From IMG/VR virus record IMGVR_UViG_3300048549_000170, positions 1-38,248 of that record: a stretch of 38,248 nt of DNA; one strand, given 5' to 3'. The position numbers and the translations under genes were made by a program. Below, in pieces: positions 8,801 to 17,788 of the stretch. Source of the DNA: a virus (taxonomy: Duplodnaviria; Caudoviricetes). How positions within the stretch are numbered: position 1 is the first letter of the stretch; every line of letters starts with the position of its first letter. Under the pieces are notes generated by a model. It had not been told where the DNA came from. It was given only the letters and a program-made list of their open reading frames with translations, and did not search any database.

Positions 8801-9434
8801 TACCTACTACATTAGCAGCAGCAATCTTACCAAACTTACCAAGACCTATAGATGATGCACCCAATAAAGCTTGGTTTACACTTTGTGCTAAATTTACATC
8901 ATCTTTATTTATTTTTTGATATAACATATCGTGAGTTCCACTAATAAAAGCTAACCCACCTGCTTCATTTATTAATCTATCTCCATTATCAATAAATGTT
9001 TTTTGAAGTTGTTTATTTACTTTGTTGATATACTCAGGTCTTGCATTGTTCTGTGCTAAAATTTTAGTAACTTGATTTTTACCATTGACTAAATTTTTCT
9101 TTCCAACTGCTTTAACTATACTTTTTGCTCCTATCTTCGCACCAGCACCACCCACTGCAAAAGTAGGCAAGTCTAACACGAGAGCCATCATAGTAGTTCC
9201 TACATCAAATAAAGTACCTTGTTCAAATCCAGATAAGTCGTATCGTTCTTGTCCATTAATAAGTTGGTCTACTAATCCATACGTACTTTTATTATATGAT
9301 TCTTGAAATACGGCACTTAGATATGCGGGGGTAGATAGTTTGATAGGAACAGGTGCATCTGAATACATCTGTCTTCTTCTAGCACTATTTAAAAAAGAAT
9401 TTGCTAGTTCGTTGGTAGAGTAATTATCACTCAT
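5865..9434 (-). CDS. large internal virion / DNA ejection protein (putative)
   Basis: 1189 aa, helical and Gly/Ala-rich; last gene of the late region, the position of podovirus ejection proteins. Confidence 0.65.
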   Translation of the reverse strand: MSDNYSTNELANSFLNSARRRQMYSDAPVPIKLSTPAYLSAVFQESYNKSTYGLVDQLINGQERYDLSGFEQGTLFDVGTTMMALVLDLPTFAVGGAGAKIGAKSIVKAVGKKNLVNGKNQVTKILAQNNARPEYINKVNKQLQKTFIDNGDRLINEAGGLAFISGTHDMLYQKINKDDVNLAQSVNQALLGASSIGLGKFGKIAAANVVGKKAPNMLKATLGTGGEVLGFTQPYTFAEGKLLPSPQDLAHTAAVIGGIKIVSSGLTGMKGSVVNRVEESKRKFGNRDLTTKEKQLRDETLQRESFSNLAKPQLFFGNEGAIQVVSSSKNKVEFRALDSNVTQKMNKNEFLTQYRVDKGDLAPVAQLDKIITDASKEYPKLKLRTDLNKMSPKQKYEQVRLVQGQRMKDNVEREIKMLDIDNVDRGLFSKLLTFRAETLPSIFGLRTSPFATPEAIVRRVGAKAEARQGLKILDEYSIDKDAVIANIFDKHGITDGMLSKMNRKDRIKLTEQLETLPDSMLDNTAKKVRAALSDMYEEYAKLDPRIQPFVKQYAMRDLRLDVKDKLTEIRLKLVQERPSLDDALQLGKDFTKDQQAFLKRKLDNEIKNNSNAGVRSYLSFLKEQSGDDYYRQYLNIRNDLNSVYNKTFHNMKKGRDTYIKWDKKKKAYSADIFETDGVANFMNYANTWGDQVARARHLGVRAGDMQYGKIEQIIRTLENKGDMFSANALTDVLIRATGAIETMPFHNYSPKVKNLFRATTNFTIGTKIGLGTATAANMTQPMISSLLFGNYSVGLPAFVNSVTKKGKKFRGEAGLERNANIRHLEVLTGIKPAETFSEKLANITTTASGFNFINRWNIYTSAAIGHDMMGYLNKIAQGKSGLFSGTSVPKNIKDKIRKETLAGQSREAWAKDKLYRDYGIVFNGKELSKEQLTRGAIRYSRDSQLLRNHTKELLWMTHPKFRPFVTLKTFPLKQAKFIKDGLSRELSYGNVLPVARLAVAAQLGGSALLWAYDTLGKVLSGRDDYDFRQAEFVVDKLAAVGATGIMGDVLAAEDKMQNLRFIVTPVILSDIEKVYDATSQLINETGDYGIVGASRRSLTRYSKILGGNTNNLAKRFQSAEQLDGKLKYQKTRVNKEILEAIYAGEKKKARIILNNWNEANPDYPILEPSVADIYELVRKKQEKRSKELQ

Positions 9435-10791
9435 AATCCTTACTCTTAATCTTCATTAGTTGCTCATTAAACTCTTGTAAATATTGTTCTGTTTTTTTAT
9501 CTACATATGAAGGATTGTTGGATTTTTGTACGTTTACTATGTTGTTATACTTGCTTTCTAGTTGATTTTTTCTTCCTGTATATCCAACTTCTGATGCAAA
9601 CTCACCGACACCGCCTGGAAATAACACACGTCTTGATTCTTCCCCAGCACCTTCTTGTCTATCAAAGAGTGTTTCACCCTTCATAGGGTCTCTTAACATA
9701 TCTAAAACTTCTTTTGCTTCTTCCACGGTTGAAACAGAGTCTGGTATGTCATCAAAGGATATAGTTTCTTCAGTACCTGGAATGCCTTGTCCAAGCTCTA
9801 AGCTTGTTATTCTTTCTATCATTTCTTCATCAGTCATAGACATCATAGCTGTCATTTCTTCTACACTTGATGGTTGAGATTTCAATGTATCAATTAAGAA
9901 GCTTAACTCTTCAGGGTTTCCTTCCCTCATCTCTTCTATTTTGTCTGAACCTAAAGCATCATTGAGTTCATTCATAACAAATTCTAGTTTTGTTTTCTCT
10001 TCTCCCTCATACTGCTTTAATTGTCTAGCTTTTGTTTTTTGGTCTTGTTCAACTCCATACACTTTTAAAGCTAAGTTTAAAGGATTATTAATATCGTTTT
10101 GAAGTATATTAATATCTGATTCTAATTTTTTTAAATCATTTACTTTTGTTTGTTGTTCTAATGTTAATTGTTCCTGTGCCTTTTGTGTGTCTTCATCCCC
10201 CATTGCAGATGGAGCTACAATTTGTTGAGAAAGTATTTGTATCTGTTCTATTAAAGACTGTTTATCTTTTTTTAACAGAGTTAAGTTTATGTTTGCTTCA
10301 TTTAAAAAATCTATGTTATAGAAGTTACTACCTTTTAAAAGACTATTAGCTAATCCATCCATATTATCTCTGTAATATGTAGACTGAGGATTATTAATAA
10401 CATCTAAATAGTTTTTAGTTAATTCTTTCCAGTCTTTTGTGACTGCCATTTCTTGAATTTTTTTCTCTACTTTAAACTCTTCTTCAAGATTATATGATGA
10501 GGTAAAACTATTTAATACTTCATCTAAATCATTTGCTTGAGCATAGGCAACTTTATTGGAAAGATAAGGCAAATCATCTGATACTCTATTATATGTATCA
10601 TAAGCTTCTTTCTTTTCTTTTATTTCAAGCTCTTTCATCTGTACTCGTTCTTTAGCTTTTAATTGAGCTAATTGTATTTGTTCAGCTGTAGAAGGTATTA
10701 ATCTATTCAATGCATTTAGTGCAGCATTATCTGTATCAGGAATATTAATACTAAAACTTCCTAAATTTACTCGTCTTGTTCCGTTAGCCAT
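9427..10791 (-). CDS. putative internal virion protein
   Basis: 454 aa, acidic coiled coil; synteny. Confidence 0.55.
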   Translation of the reverse strand: MANGTRRVNLGSFSINIPDTDNAALNALNRLIPSTAEQIQLAQLKAKERVQMKELEIKEKKEAYDTYNRVSDDLPYLSNKVAYAQANDLDEVLNSFTSSYNLEEEFKVEKKIQEMAVTKDWKELTKNYLDVINNPQSTYYRDNMDGLANSLLKGSNFYNIDFLNEANINLTLLKKDKQSLIEQIQILSQQIVAPSAMGDEDTQKAQEQLTLEQQTKVNDLKKLESDINILQNDINNPLNLALKVYGVEQDQKTKARQLKQYEGEEKTKLEFVMNELNDALGSDKIEEMREGNPEELSFLIDTLKSQPSSVEEMTAMMSMTDEEMIERITSLELGQGIPGTEETISFDDIPDSVSTVEEAKEVLDMLRDPMKGETLFDRQEGAGEESRRVLFPGGVGEFASEVGYTGRKNQLESKYNNIVNVQKSNNPSYVDKKTEQYLQEFNEQLMKIKSKDYE

Positions 10792-11974
10792 TGTTATATG
10801 CTCCCATTATGCTAGAGAAATCAAAATCTCCCCAACTACCAGTGTCTTGTCTGTGTCTATTCGTTCCATTAATACCGCCCATTTCTCCTGAAGTATAACT
10901 ACCGCTGCTACCACTACTACTTCCATATAAATCATCAAGAGTAACTCCATCTCTTATGTTTTCAGATTGTACGTCTGCACGTATTTTTGATAATTCATTA
11001 ATTAATTCATTCATTCTTGATGACAATAGTTGGTCTACTTCTCCAAGATACTGTGACTCTGCTCCAGCTAACTGTCTTGATAGTACACTCTCTAAATCTT
11101 TAGTTGCTCTTTCAGTGGCTACTTGTTGTTCTCCAGATACTAAACCTGATGTACTGCCTTGCTCTACATAAGACATTAATGTTTGATATGCAGAAGATGC
11201 ATCATCCAATTCATCTGCAAATAATTGACTACGCATTTCTTGAAGGTTTCCTAATTTTTGTCCAGCATCTGCAAACTGGTCTTTATATTCTCCAATACCT
11301 GCAAGACCTAAAAGATTAAGTAATTGACTGCCTTGCAATCTATCATAGTCGTATCCAGCTATTGCAGCCAACTCTCTATTACTTAGATTTACACCTTCTT
11401 CTGAATCAGGACTAGTGAATCTTGTTAGTTTGTCTGATTGTCCTGGTGGCAATGCACTAAAGAAACTAGCTAATAATTGTTGTGGGTCTGTTTTAAATCT
11501 TTGCGATGTAGTGGTAGTTTCATCAGCTCCTTCAGGAACACCAATAATATCTGCTCCATCACCTTCATCTGTATCTGCACGGTATTGTACTCCAGGTAAA
11601 AAGTAATCTATTCCTTCAATATCTTGTCTGATTTGTTGAATGTTTTTAGGTGTTGCAAATGATGCTCCTCCTTTTATTTCATCTTCAGGACCAGCCTCAT
11701 CAATAAACACAGGGTCAAAAGGAGTTTGCATTCCTGTATTCTGCATTTGTTGGTTAAAATAATTAGGTCTTACAGGAGCTGCAGCTACTGGTCTTGGTGT
11801 AGATACACCTGCAGCCATAGGTGTATATCCCATAGGTTGCTGTACTTGCATCTGTTGTATTGGAGATTGTACATTTAAATCTCCTTGATTTAATGGATTA
11901 TCATTTTGTTTACTTCTATCCATCAAGTTTTGTAAAGGTGCTAATCCTAATAAACGCTGTAGTCTAGTTGCCAT
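10784..11974 (-). CDS. putative internal virion protein
   Basis: Q/P-rich N-terminus, acidic, G/S-rich C-terminus; GAGG RBS; synteny. Confidence 0.55.
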   Translation of the reverse strand: MATRLQRLLGLAPLQNLMDRSKQNDNPLNQGDLNVQSPIQQMQVQQPMGYTPMAAGVSTPRPVAAAPVRPNYFNQQMQNTGMQTPFDPVFIDEAGPEDEIKGGASFATPKNIQQIRQDIEGIDYFLPGVQYRADTDEGDGADIIGVPEGADETTTTSQRFKTDPQQLLASFFSALPPGQSDKLTRFTSPDSEEGVNLSNRELAAIAGYDYDRLQGSQLLNLLGLAGIGEYKDQFADAGQKLGNLQEMRSQLFADELDDASSAYQTLMSYVEQGSTSGLVSGEQQVATERATKDLESVLSRQLAGAESQYLGEVDQLLSSRMNELINELSKIRADVQSENIRDGVTLDDLYGSSSGSSGSYTSGEMGGINGTNRHRQDTGSWGDFDFSSIMGAYNNG

Positions 11975-12716
11975 CTTCACTTACCTCAAAATTTTTCAAT
12001 AAATCGTTTGTGTCTATGATGCTTGGTGCACCACTAAATATGTTACGATACGCTGATTCTGCTATAGGAACATTATCAACTAAAGAAAGTAAATCCTTTG
12101 CTTTATATTCTTCTAAACCAAGTTTTTTAATTTTACCAAGCTCAGATTTGTATGCATCAAAATAATCTTTACCCATATCTAATAAATTTTTAGGTTTTAA
12201 TTTTTCCCCAAATGTCATTGTATCCCACTCTTTCTTAAAACCTTCTTTTGCAGTTTTGAATGCTTCACTTTCTTGGACAACAGCATTTAATGCTGAAAAT
12301 GCTACGGTGTCTATTTGGTCTCCAAACTTCATACCCTTAGTAATATCTTTAGCAAATTGTTTTGCATTCCTGTTAGCTTCATCAGCAGCTCTATTTAAAT
12401 AAGTAATTCTTGACATATCAATATCGCTTCTATCTAAAGCTTTGTCTCTTAGCCTGTCATTATACGCAGCTACTCCAGCATTTATTATAACATCATCTAT
12501 AGGACCTGGTATCGCAAACGATAATATCTTTCCCAATATTCCTGCGGTTTTACCTTTCTTTGCTGCCTTAGCTGACCTGTCTACACTCTCTTGTAGCTCT
12601 TCTTGTAGAATAGAAGATTCATTTGCTTTTAAAGTTAATAAATCAAGAACTTGATTGAATTGTCTATCACTGTATTTTTGTTGATTACTAAACTTTCCTC
12701 TTACACTATATGCCAT
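11964..12716 (-). CDS. putative internal virion (pilot-like) protein
   Basis: AGILGKILSFAIPGP hydrophobic Gly-rich segment; first gene after an internal promoter. Confidence 0.55.
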   Translation of the reverse strand: MAYSVRGKFSNQQKYSDRQFNQVLDLLTLKANESSILQEELQESVDRSAKAAKKGKTAGILGKILSFAIPGPIDDVIINAGVAAYNDRLRDKALDRSDIDMSRITYLNRAADEANRNAKQFAKDITKGMKFGDQIDTVAFSALNAVVQESEAFKTAKEGFKKEWDTMTFGEKLKPKNLLDMGKDYFDAYKSELGKIKKLGLEEYKAKDLLSLVDNVPIAESAYRNIFSGAPSIIDTNDLLKNFEVSEDGN

Positions 12717-12746
12717 ATGTGTCCTTACGTAAAGATGTTTGTCTAA

Positions 12747-12776
12747 AATTTACCAATTTTCTCTCTGCTAAGTCAA
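12747..12776 (-). promoter_or_regulatory. late-type promoter TTGACT-N18-TAAATT
   Basis: Same geometry as copies at 33039-33068 and 36566-36595. Confidence 0.65.
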
Positions 12777-12818
12777 TCTTAACAATGGTAAAGTATCTGT
12801 TTTTTAATGTACTATTCA

Positions 12819-13163
12819 TTACACTTTAACTATAAATTGACCAGATGTAGTTGATTGTTCTGTTTCTCCAGTTTCTACTGCACTATCTCCAGAATCTGGC
12901 ATTGCAAAATATGTATTTTTACCCTTAGCTACTCTTACTCCATCTTTAATAATTTTAATAGCATCTTTCTGTGGTGCTTTTACATCTGAATACTTTGCAA
13001 ACTGAGTTACTTCTTTTAAATTTGGATTACTTAATTCCATTTCAAAAACTTTATTAAATTCTTTTACAATCAACTTCATTTTACCTCTATGAAACTGTAA
13101 TATCTGGTCTCCATTCTGTAGAGACTTTATACTTAGTGGTCCTTTATGTACTGGTATCTTCAT
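12819..13163 (-). CDS. hypothetical virion-region protein
   Basis: TAATG-coupled to the nozzle gene. Confidence 0.7.
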   Translation of the reverse strand: MKIPVHKGPLSIKSLQNGDQILQFHRGKMKLIVKEFNKVFEMELSNPNLKEVTQFAKYSDVKAPQKDAIKIIKDGVRVAKGKNTYFAMPDSGDSAVETGETEQSTTSGQFIVKV

Positions 13164-15328
13164 TACTTTAATGGTTTTGTTCTGTATACTATAGTTATAT
13201 CTTCTATCTCAAAGTTTGCATTGGCTGCTGTTCCTGTAAAGTTCAACTGAATAGACTTAGCAGTAGTAGAACTTTCAAATGTAAACTTTTCTGTCACAAA
13301 TGATGAGCTTGTATCTAAAGCATTTGACGAAGTTCCTGCTCTATCTATTGTAGTAGTTGTAGCAGCAGCACCATTTAATCCATACCTCAATGATATTCCC
13401 CCACCATATTTATATGTTACATAAATAGAATATATCTTTTTATCTTGAGTAGGAGAATCAAAGTCAAATTCTTTTGTAGACATATTAATAACTTGTACAG
13501 CTACACCTGTATCAAACTTTAATAACTGTCCTGTGTTATGTCGCATTGCACATAAAGAGTCATCAAATTGTATTAAGTTAGATGTTCTTTGTGATACCAT
13601 CACACTACTATCATCTATATTAATAAAAGATGATGTATTCAAATCATATATATATCCTTCAGGATTTGTAGGTTCACTAGTATTATTGTTAATAAATATC
13701 TGATTTTTCTTTGGTATATACCCAAGTGCTACACCTGCTAGGTTTATAGAATCACTCCAGTCATCATCATCTATAGCTTTTGATAAAGTAGCGATACCAT
13801 CAAAGTATCCAAACAATCCATCTTTATTTGCCCATACTAATCCTAAATCACTTTTCACTACTGCATTAGGGTTACCTATTCCTCTATTTTCAAACTCACC
13901 TATCACTTTATATTGACCAGGATTAGCTGCTGACGCATCAATAACAAATAATTTTTTTGTTTTATATACAAACAACTTATCATTGAACTCTATAATCTTA
14001 ATGATTTCATCGCCATCATTTGCACCTATCTCTAAATAATATGATTGTGGAAATGTATCATACTTTCTTGCAGGTGTATATTGTATCCTGTCTCCCATAA
14101 TTTTAATATTACCATCCGTATCTTTATATCTTACATTCCCTACAAAAGCACGTTGGTTAAACACAGTAGCTGTTTTATATCCATATGCTGCATCTTGAAA
14201 AGTTATTTCTTCTTCTTCTTCATCAAATCCTGTACTATCTGAAAAACTAATACCAGATGGATTCATAATTTGATAAGCACTTGCGTTAGTTGAAGTTTGT
14301 GCTCCTTGTTCATCATCAGTGACAACGTGAGTTGTTTTATCTATAAATGCATCAAAATCATCTCCAAGATTAATTCTTGAACCTCTTGCAAAGTCTACAT
14401 CTAATAATAATAAATGCTCTGAATCAGCATCATTATAATTTTTAAGATACACTCTTATACCTTCTATAAATTTGTAATCACCGCTTCCAAACTCACCATC
14501 TCCTATGGCTACTTGTGCTAACACAGATTGTGCATCTGATAAAGTGAAAGAACCTATATTGGTTAGCAGTGATTCTTGATTATCATAGTATACATAGCTT
14601 ACTGCTACTAAATATTTCCCTTCTGCCCACAAGCCATCACCCACATTATTTGTTGCATCTATAGTGTTAGCCTTTACACCTACAGTTATTTTTTTACTTC
14701 CTGGGTCTCCTAAGTCTGAAGCACCATCATCTGCATCATCAAGTCCAGTGATATTGTATTCTACTTCATCACTACTATTTACGTTAGGTTTGTCTAATAT
14801 TTTTTCCGTGGCAAAATATCCATCAACTGCAGAACCATAAGGTGCATCACTTGAATCTCTATTTAAATATACATATGAACCAGCATTAGATGACTGATGA
14901 CTAAGTACAGTATCTGCTACTCTTAATCCACCATTAGCATAGTAATACACAGGCTTTACTCCTGAACTGTGACCACTCATATCCAAACTATCTGCAGATA
15001 AATTGATACCTGTAACTAACGTAGAACCTAAAGTTACTACACCTTCATCATTTGTCATTGCAAAGTATTCACCTGCAGCATTAGAACCATCTATTTGTTC
15101 ATCTGTTTTAAAAGAAAATAATCCAAACCCTGCTGATATATCAGGAGAGCTCGATGTTACAATATTAGAACTAAACGCAGCAAACTGTCCTGGTAGTTTT
15201 ATTTTACCTATAGAACTAACATCTATGTTAGTAGCTGATTGTAAAAATCCATCAGGTATATCCCTTTGTGAATCTTTAGTGTTTAGTCCACCATCAAATC
15301 GTTTTATTGTTATTCCTTGTTTTGGCAT
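13163..15328 (-). CDS. tail nozzle / tail tubular protein B-like (P22 gp10 / T7 gp12 equivalent)
   Basis: N-terminal FDGGLNTKDSQRDIPD, beta-propeller-like content, 721 aa, position before the ejection genes. Confidence 0.7.
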   Translation of the reverse strand: MPKQGITIKRFDGGLNTKDSQRDIPDGFLQSATNIDVSSIGKIKLPGQFAAFSSNIVTSSSPDISAGFGLFSFKTDEQIDGSNAAGEYFAMTNDEGVVTLGSTLVTGINLSADSLDMSGHSSGVKPVYYYANGGLRVADTVLSHQSSNAGSYVYLNRDSSDAPYGSAVDGYFATEKILDKPNVNSSDEVEYNITGLDDADDGASDLGDPGSKKITVGVKANTIDATNNVGDGLWAEGKYLVAVSYVYYDNQESLLTNIGSFTLSDAQSVLAQVAIGDGEFGSGDYKFIEGIRVYLKNYNDADSEHLLLLDVDFARGSRINLGDDFDAFIDKTTHVVTDDEQGAQTSTNASAYQIMNPSGISFSDSTGFDEEEEEITFQDAAYGYKTATVFNQRAFVGNVRYKDTDGNIKIMGDRIQYTPARKYDTFPQSYYLEIGANDGDEIIKIIEFNDKLFVYKTKKLFVIDASAANPGQYKVIGEFENRGIGNPNAVVKSDLGLVWANKDGLFGYFDGIATLSKAIDDDDWSDSINLAGVALGYIPKKNQIFINNNTSEPTNPEGYIYDLNTSSFINIDDSSVMVSQRTSNLIQFDDSLCAMRHNTGQLLKFDTGVAVQVINMSTKEFDFDSPTQDKKIYSIYVTYKYGGGISLRYGLNGAAATTTTIDRAGTSSNALDTSSSFVTEKFTFESSTTAKSIQLNFTGTAANANFEIEDITIVYRTKPLK

Positions 15329-15330
15329 AT

Positions 15331-16440
15331 TTAATCCGTATATTCGTAATAGTTATAATCGCTATAATTTTTAGACATTTTTCTTTTGTTTAGTGAGTTT
15401 CTAATTGAAAGATTCTCAAGAACGTGTCCCTTCATTTCAGGAAACTTTTTAATTAAATCATTATAGTTGTCTCCTTTTAATACAGTTACATATCCTGGGT
15501 CTATTCCTAATGAGAATATGCTTACATCATTACCAGGTGTAGTATTTCTGAATCCTAATTGAGGCTTTACTTCTGCAAACCCTTGTATATAACCATCTAC
15601 TATTTTGTCAGATGATAGACTTCTTGGGGTAGTTCTACCTGTACCTATATTGTGAAGCTTCTTTAAAAAATAATCATTAGATTTAAATCCTTTACCTGTA
15701 AGACCCATACCAGCTTCTATGCCTTCTAACCTCTTCAACTCTTTTACAGGTATTTCTATTTTTAAAATTTGCAATGGGTTATTTGATTTTAAAGCATCTG
15801 CAATATCTAGCGGTTGGTCCATAGCATAATAAATAGCCTGTTGTGGGCTAGTAGTAACGTAAGTATCTAACTTTGACTGACCAGTCATTCCATCCATACT
15901 TTTTGGATAGCCCATCTCTCCAAGGTTTTTAGTTTTTCTAAATGCATTTTCATACGCTTCATCTGCAATATTACCCATAGGGTCAAATCTATCACCTTTA
16001 AAACCGCCAGGTACAAATATATTTTCACCAGCTTGTTCATCAAAATACTTTAAGTTTTTAGGAGCAGTAATAGGTTGGTCTCCTACTCGTACTCCTCTAT
16101 AAAAAGTAACTGTTTCTTCTCCAGCTGCTATTGCTCTTTCAACTTTTATTTTCTTTGCTGCTATAGAACCTACTATTGGTGTCACTGCTAAGGCACTTAG
16201 TGCAGCATCTCCAAACTTTCCTTGTAATGTATATAATGCTGTATTAGCTATGTCTGCTGCTAAACCAGTAGGACCTGGTGCAAAACCTAATGCTTCTAAA
16301 GAAAGATTTATATTTCTTAAAGTATTGTTCTTAGATGGACGAGTAGCATTGGCAGTGTCATTGAACACTGCCGCTGCCTCATAGTTAAATGATGGTGAAC
16401 CTGCTAGGTCCAACATTGTAGTCTTTGTCTTATCGGACAC
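15331..16440 (-). CDS. pre-toxin-TG-like domain + ADP-ribosyltransferase-like domain protein
   Basis: LEALGFAPGPTGLAADIANTALYTLQGKFGDAALSALAVTPIVG, then TFYRG...YVTTSPQQAIYYA...ILKIEIP...DVSIFSLGIDP. Start GTG 16440 (or 16458). Confidence 0.65.
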   Translation of the reverse strand: MSDKTKTTMLDLAGSPSFNYEAAAVFNDTANATRPSKNNTLRNINLSLEALGFAPGPTGLAADIANTALYTLQGKFGDAALSALAVTPIVGSIAAKKIKVERAIAAGEETVTFYRGVRVGDQPITAPKNLKYFDEQAGENIFVPGGFKGDRFDPMGNIADEAYENAFRKTKNLGEMGYPKSMDGMTGQSKLDTYVTTSPQQAIYYAMDQPLDIADALKSNNPLQILKIEIPVKELKRLEGIEAGMGLTGKGFKSNDYFLKKLHNIGTGRTTPRSLSSDKIVDGYIQGFAEVKPQLGFRNTTPGNDVSIFSLGIDPGYVTVLKGDNYNDLIKKFPEMKGHVLENLSIRNSLNKRKMSKNYSDYNYYEYTD

Positions 16441-16465
16441 AACCGCATCCACATTCACAATTCAT
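16430..16465 (-). CDS. Cys-rich mini-ORF MNCECGCGCVR
   Basis: AGGAGAGAGAT-ATG; this is the only ATG served by this RBS; overlaps the GTG of the toxin-like gene. Confidence 0.55.
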   Translation of the reverse strand: MNCECGCGCVR

Positions 16466-16474
16466 ATCTCTCTC

Positions 16475-16633
16475 CTATTTTTTATCTAAAGCTTTTTTAA
16501 CTTCAGCCCAAAGTTTATCATCTAATTTATTAGATGACTTAGCTACTAACCAGTCTCCTAAATGCATTAGGATAGCTTTGATTAGCTTCTCTGTACCTAA
16601 ACTCGTAAGCACTTTACTAATTACTACGTTCAT
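16475..16633 (-). CDS. small amphipathic protein (52 aa), possibly lysis-related
   Basis: Read manually: MNVVISKVLTSLGTEKLIKAILMHLGDWLVAKSSNKLDDKLWAEVKKALDKK; AGGAG RBS. Confidence 0.75.
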   Translation of the reverse strand: MNVVISKVLTSLGTEKLIKAILMHLGDWLVAKSSNKLDDKLWAEVKKALDKK

Positions 16634-16642
16634 TGTTATCTC

Positions 16643-17035
16643 CTATTGTTTACTTTTTAACACTTGTAACCTTATATCTTTTACGATAGTTCTTTCATCA
16701 AACTTCATAGAAATACCAGGTTCAAATCTTTTTACTTCTTTACCATTCTCTAAAACAATAATGGTCGGCACTATAGTAATGTTCCATTCTTTTGCTATAG
16801 TAGCACCGATAGTTTTATTCTCAATATCTATCTCTGCTGTAAAACAAACATCACTTAATTTTTCTATATGCACTCTATTCTTGTGGTTCCAACTGGCATT
16901 TACCTGCACTACCGAACAATTATTAACATTTAATAACTGTACTTCTTGGAAACTATCCAAAGAAACTGATTGCGAGTATAGCGATGAAGTAAAGAGTCCA
17001 AGACCCAATAACCACATACCTATCAACTTTTTCAT
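16643..17035 (-). CDS. exported thioredoxin-fold protein lacking CxxC
   Basis: Signal peptide MKKLIGMWLLGLGLF; VVQVNASWNHKN in place of WCxxC; cis-Pro loop ITIVPTIIVLENGKEVKRF. Confidence 0.75.
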   Translation of the reverse strand: MKKLIGMWLLGLGLFTSSLYSQSVSLDSFQEVQLLNVNNCSVVQVNASWNHKNRVHIEKLSDVCFTAEIDIENKTIGATIAKEWNITIVPTIIVLENGKEVKRFEPGISMKFDERTIVKDIRLQVLKSKQ

Positions 17036-17043
17036 AATTCATC

Positions 17044-17340
17044 CTAGTTTTTATTCATATTCAATAGAGTCTCATTAATGCTACGTGTATCGTCTTTAAT
17101 GTCATCTACTTTCTCTTCAAGTTTTTCTACCTTCTCTTCAGTATTCATAATACTGTTACGAATCATTTGGTCTTTTAAATCATACTCTGTTCTACTTACT
17201 GGAGGTTCAGGAAGCTCTTTTGCTTCTTGAATATCAGCCTGTATATTAAACCATAATCCAACTACCATAAATATTGTAACAGCAATACTTATAAGCGTTT
17301 CTAAACTAAATGTAAATTTACTATCTTTACCTACTTCCAT
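17044..17340 (-). CDS. single-TM coiled-coil protein (holin/spanin-like candidate)
   Basis: TM LISIAVTIFMVVGLWF followed by a coiled coil. Confidence 0.55.
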   Translation of the reverse strand: MEVGKDSKFTFSLETLISIAVTIFMVVGLWFNIQADIQEAKELPEPPVSRTEYDLKDQMIRNSIMNTEEKVEKLEEKVDDIKDDTRSINETLLNMNKN

Positions 17341-17349
17341 TGTATTCTC

Positions 17350-17652
17350 CTACCATTTAACTTTGTTTGCCCAATAAGCTGGACTCATTGGACCTCGTGC
17401 TATGTTCTTTCTATGTCTTGCTTTGAAACTTTTACGTTTCATTTTCATCCTTTTTGATTCACCAGCTTTTGGCTTACCTGCTGTTTTAGCTCCTTGCTGT
17501 CCAAAACGTATAGTCTTTATCTTACCACCTGATTTAGCAACAACCACGTGTGATTTCTTTGGATGGTTCGGTGTTCTTTTTGGTTTGTTAAAACCAGATA
17601 CACCTGCTCTTGCAAGTCTTGAGTCCTTTTTACTTTTTCTTTTTACTGTCAT
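17350..17652 (-). CDS. highly basic conserved viral protein
   Basis: KTIRFGQQG...RKSFKARH...SPAYWA pattern, familiar from marine phages and giant viruses. Confidence 0.75.
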   Translation of the reverse strand: MTVKRKSKKDSRLARAGVSGFNKPKRTPNHPKKSHVVVAKSGGKIKTIRFGQQGAKTAGKPKAGESKRMKMKRKSFKARHRKNIARGPMSPAYWANKVKW

Positions 17653-17788
17653 CTTTGTCCTCAAATATTTCTTTACTTAAACCATTATGTTTAAATATTT
17701 TATCCCAACGATTTTCAAATTCTCTCCTGGATATTTTCATACCTCTAGGCTTGTCTCCTTTGCCTACTCCATTTGGACCTTTAAACAT
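17630..17788 (-). CDS. small conserved phage protein (52 aa, GKGDKPR motif)
   Basis: Read manually: MFKGPNGVGKGDKPRGMKISRREFENRWDKIF...; TAATG-coupled. Confidence 0.7.
   Translation of the reverse strand: MFKGPNGVGKGDKPRGMKISRREFENRWDKIFKHNGLSKEIFEDKDDSKKKK

Noticed and set aside
7603-8919. Long + strand ORFs (245 and 185 aa) and similar antisense ORFs throughout the late region
   Set aside because: Shadow frames of the - strand genes: L/S/F-rich, no RBS, no motifs
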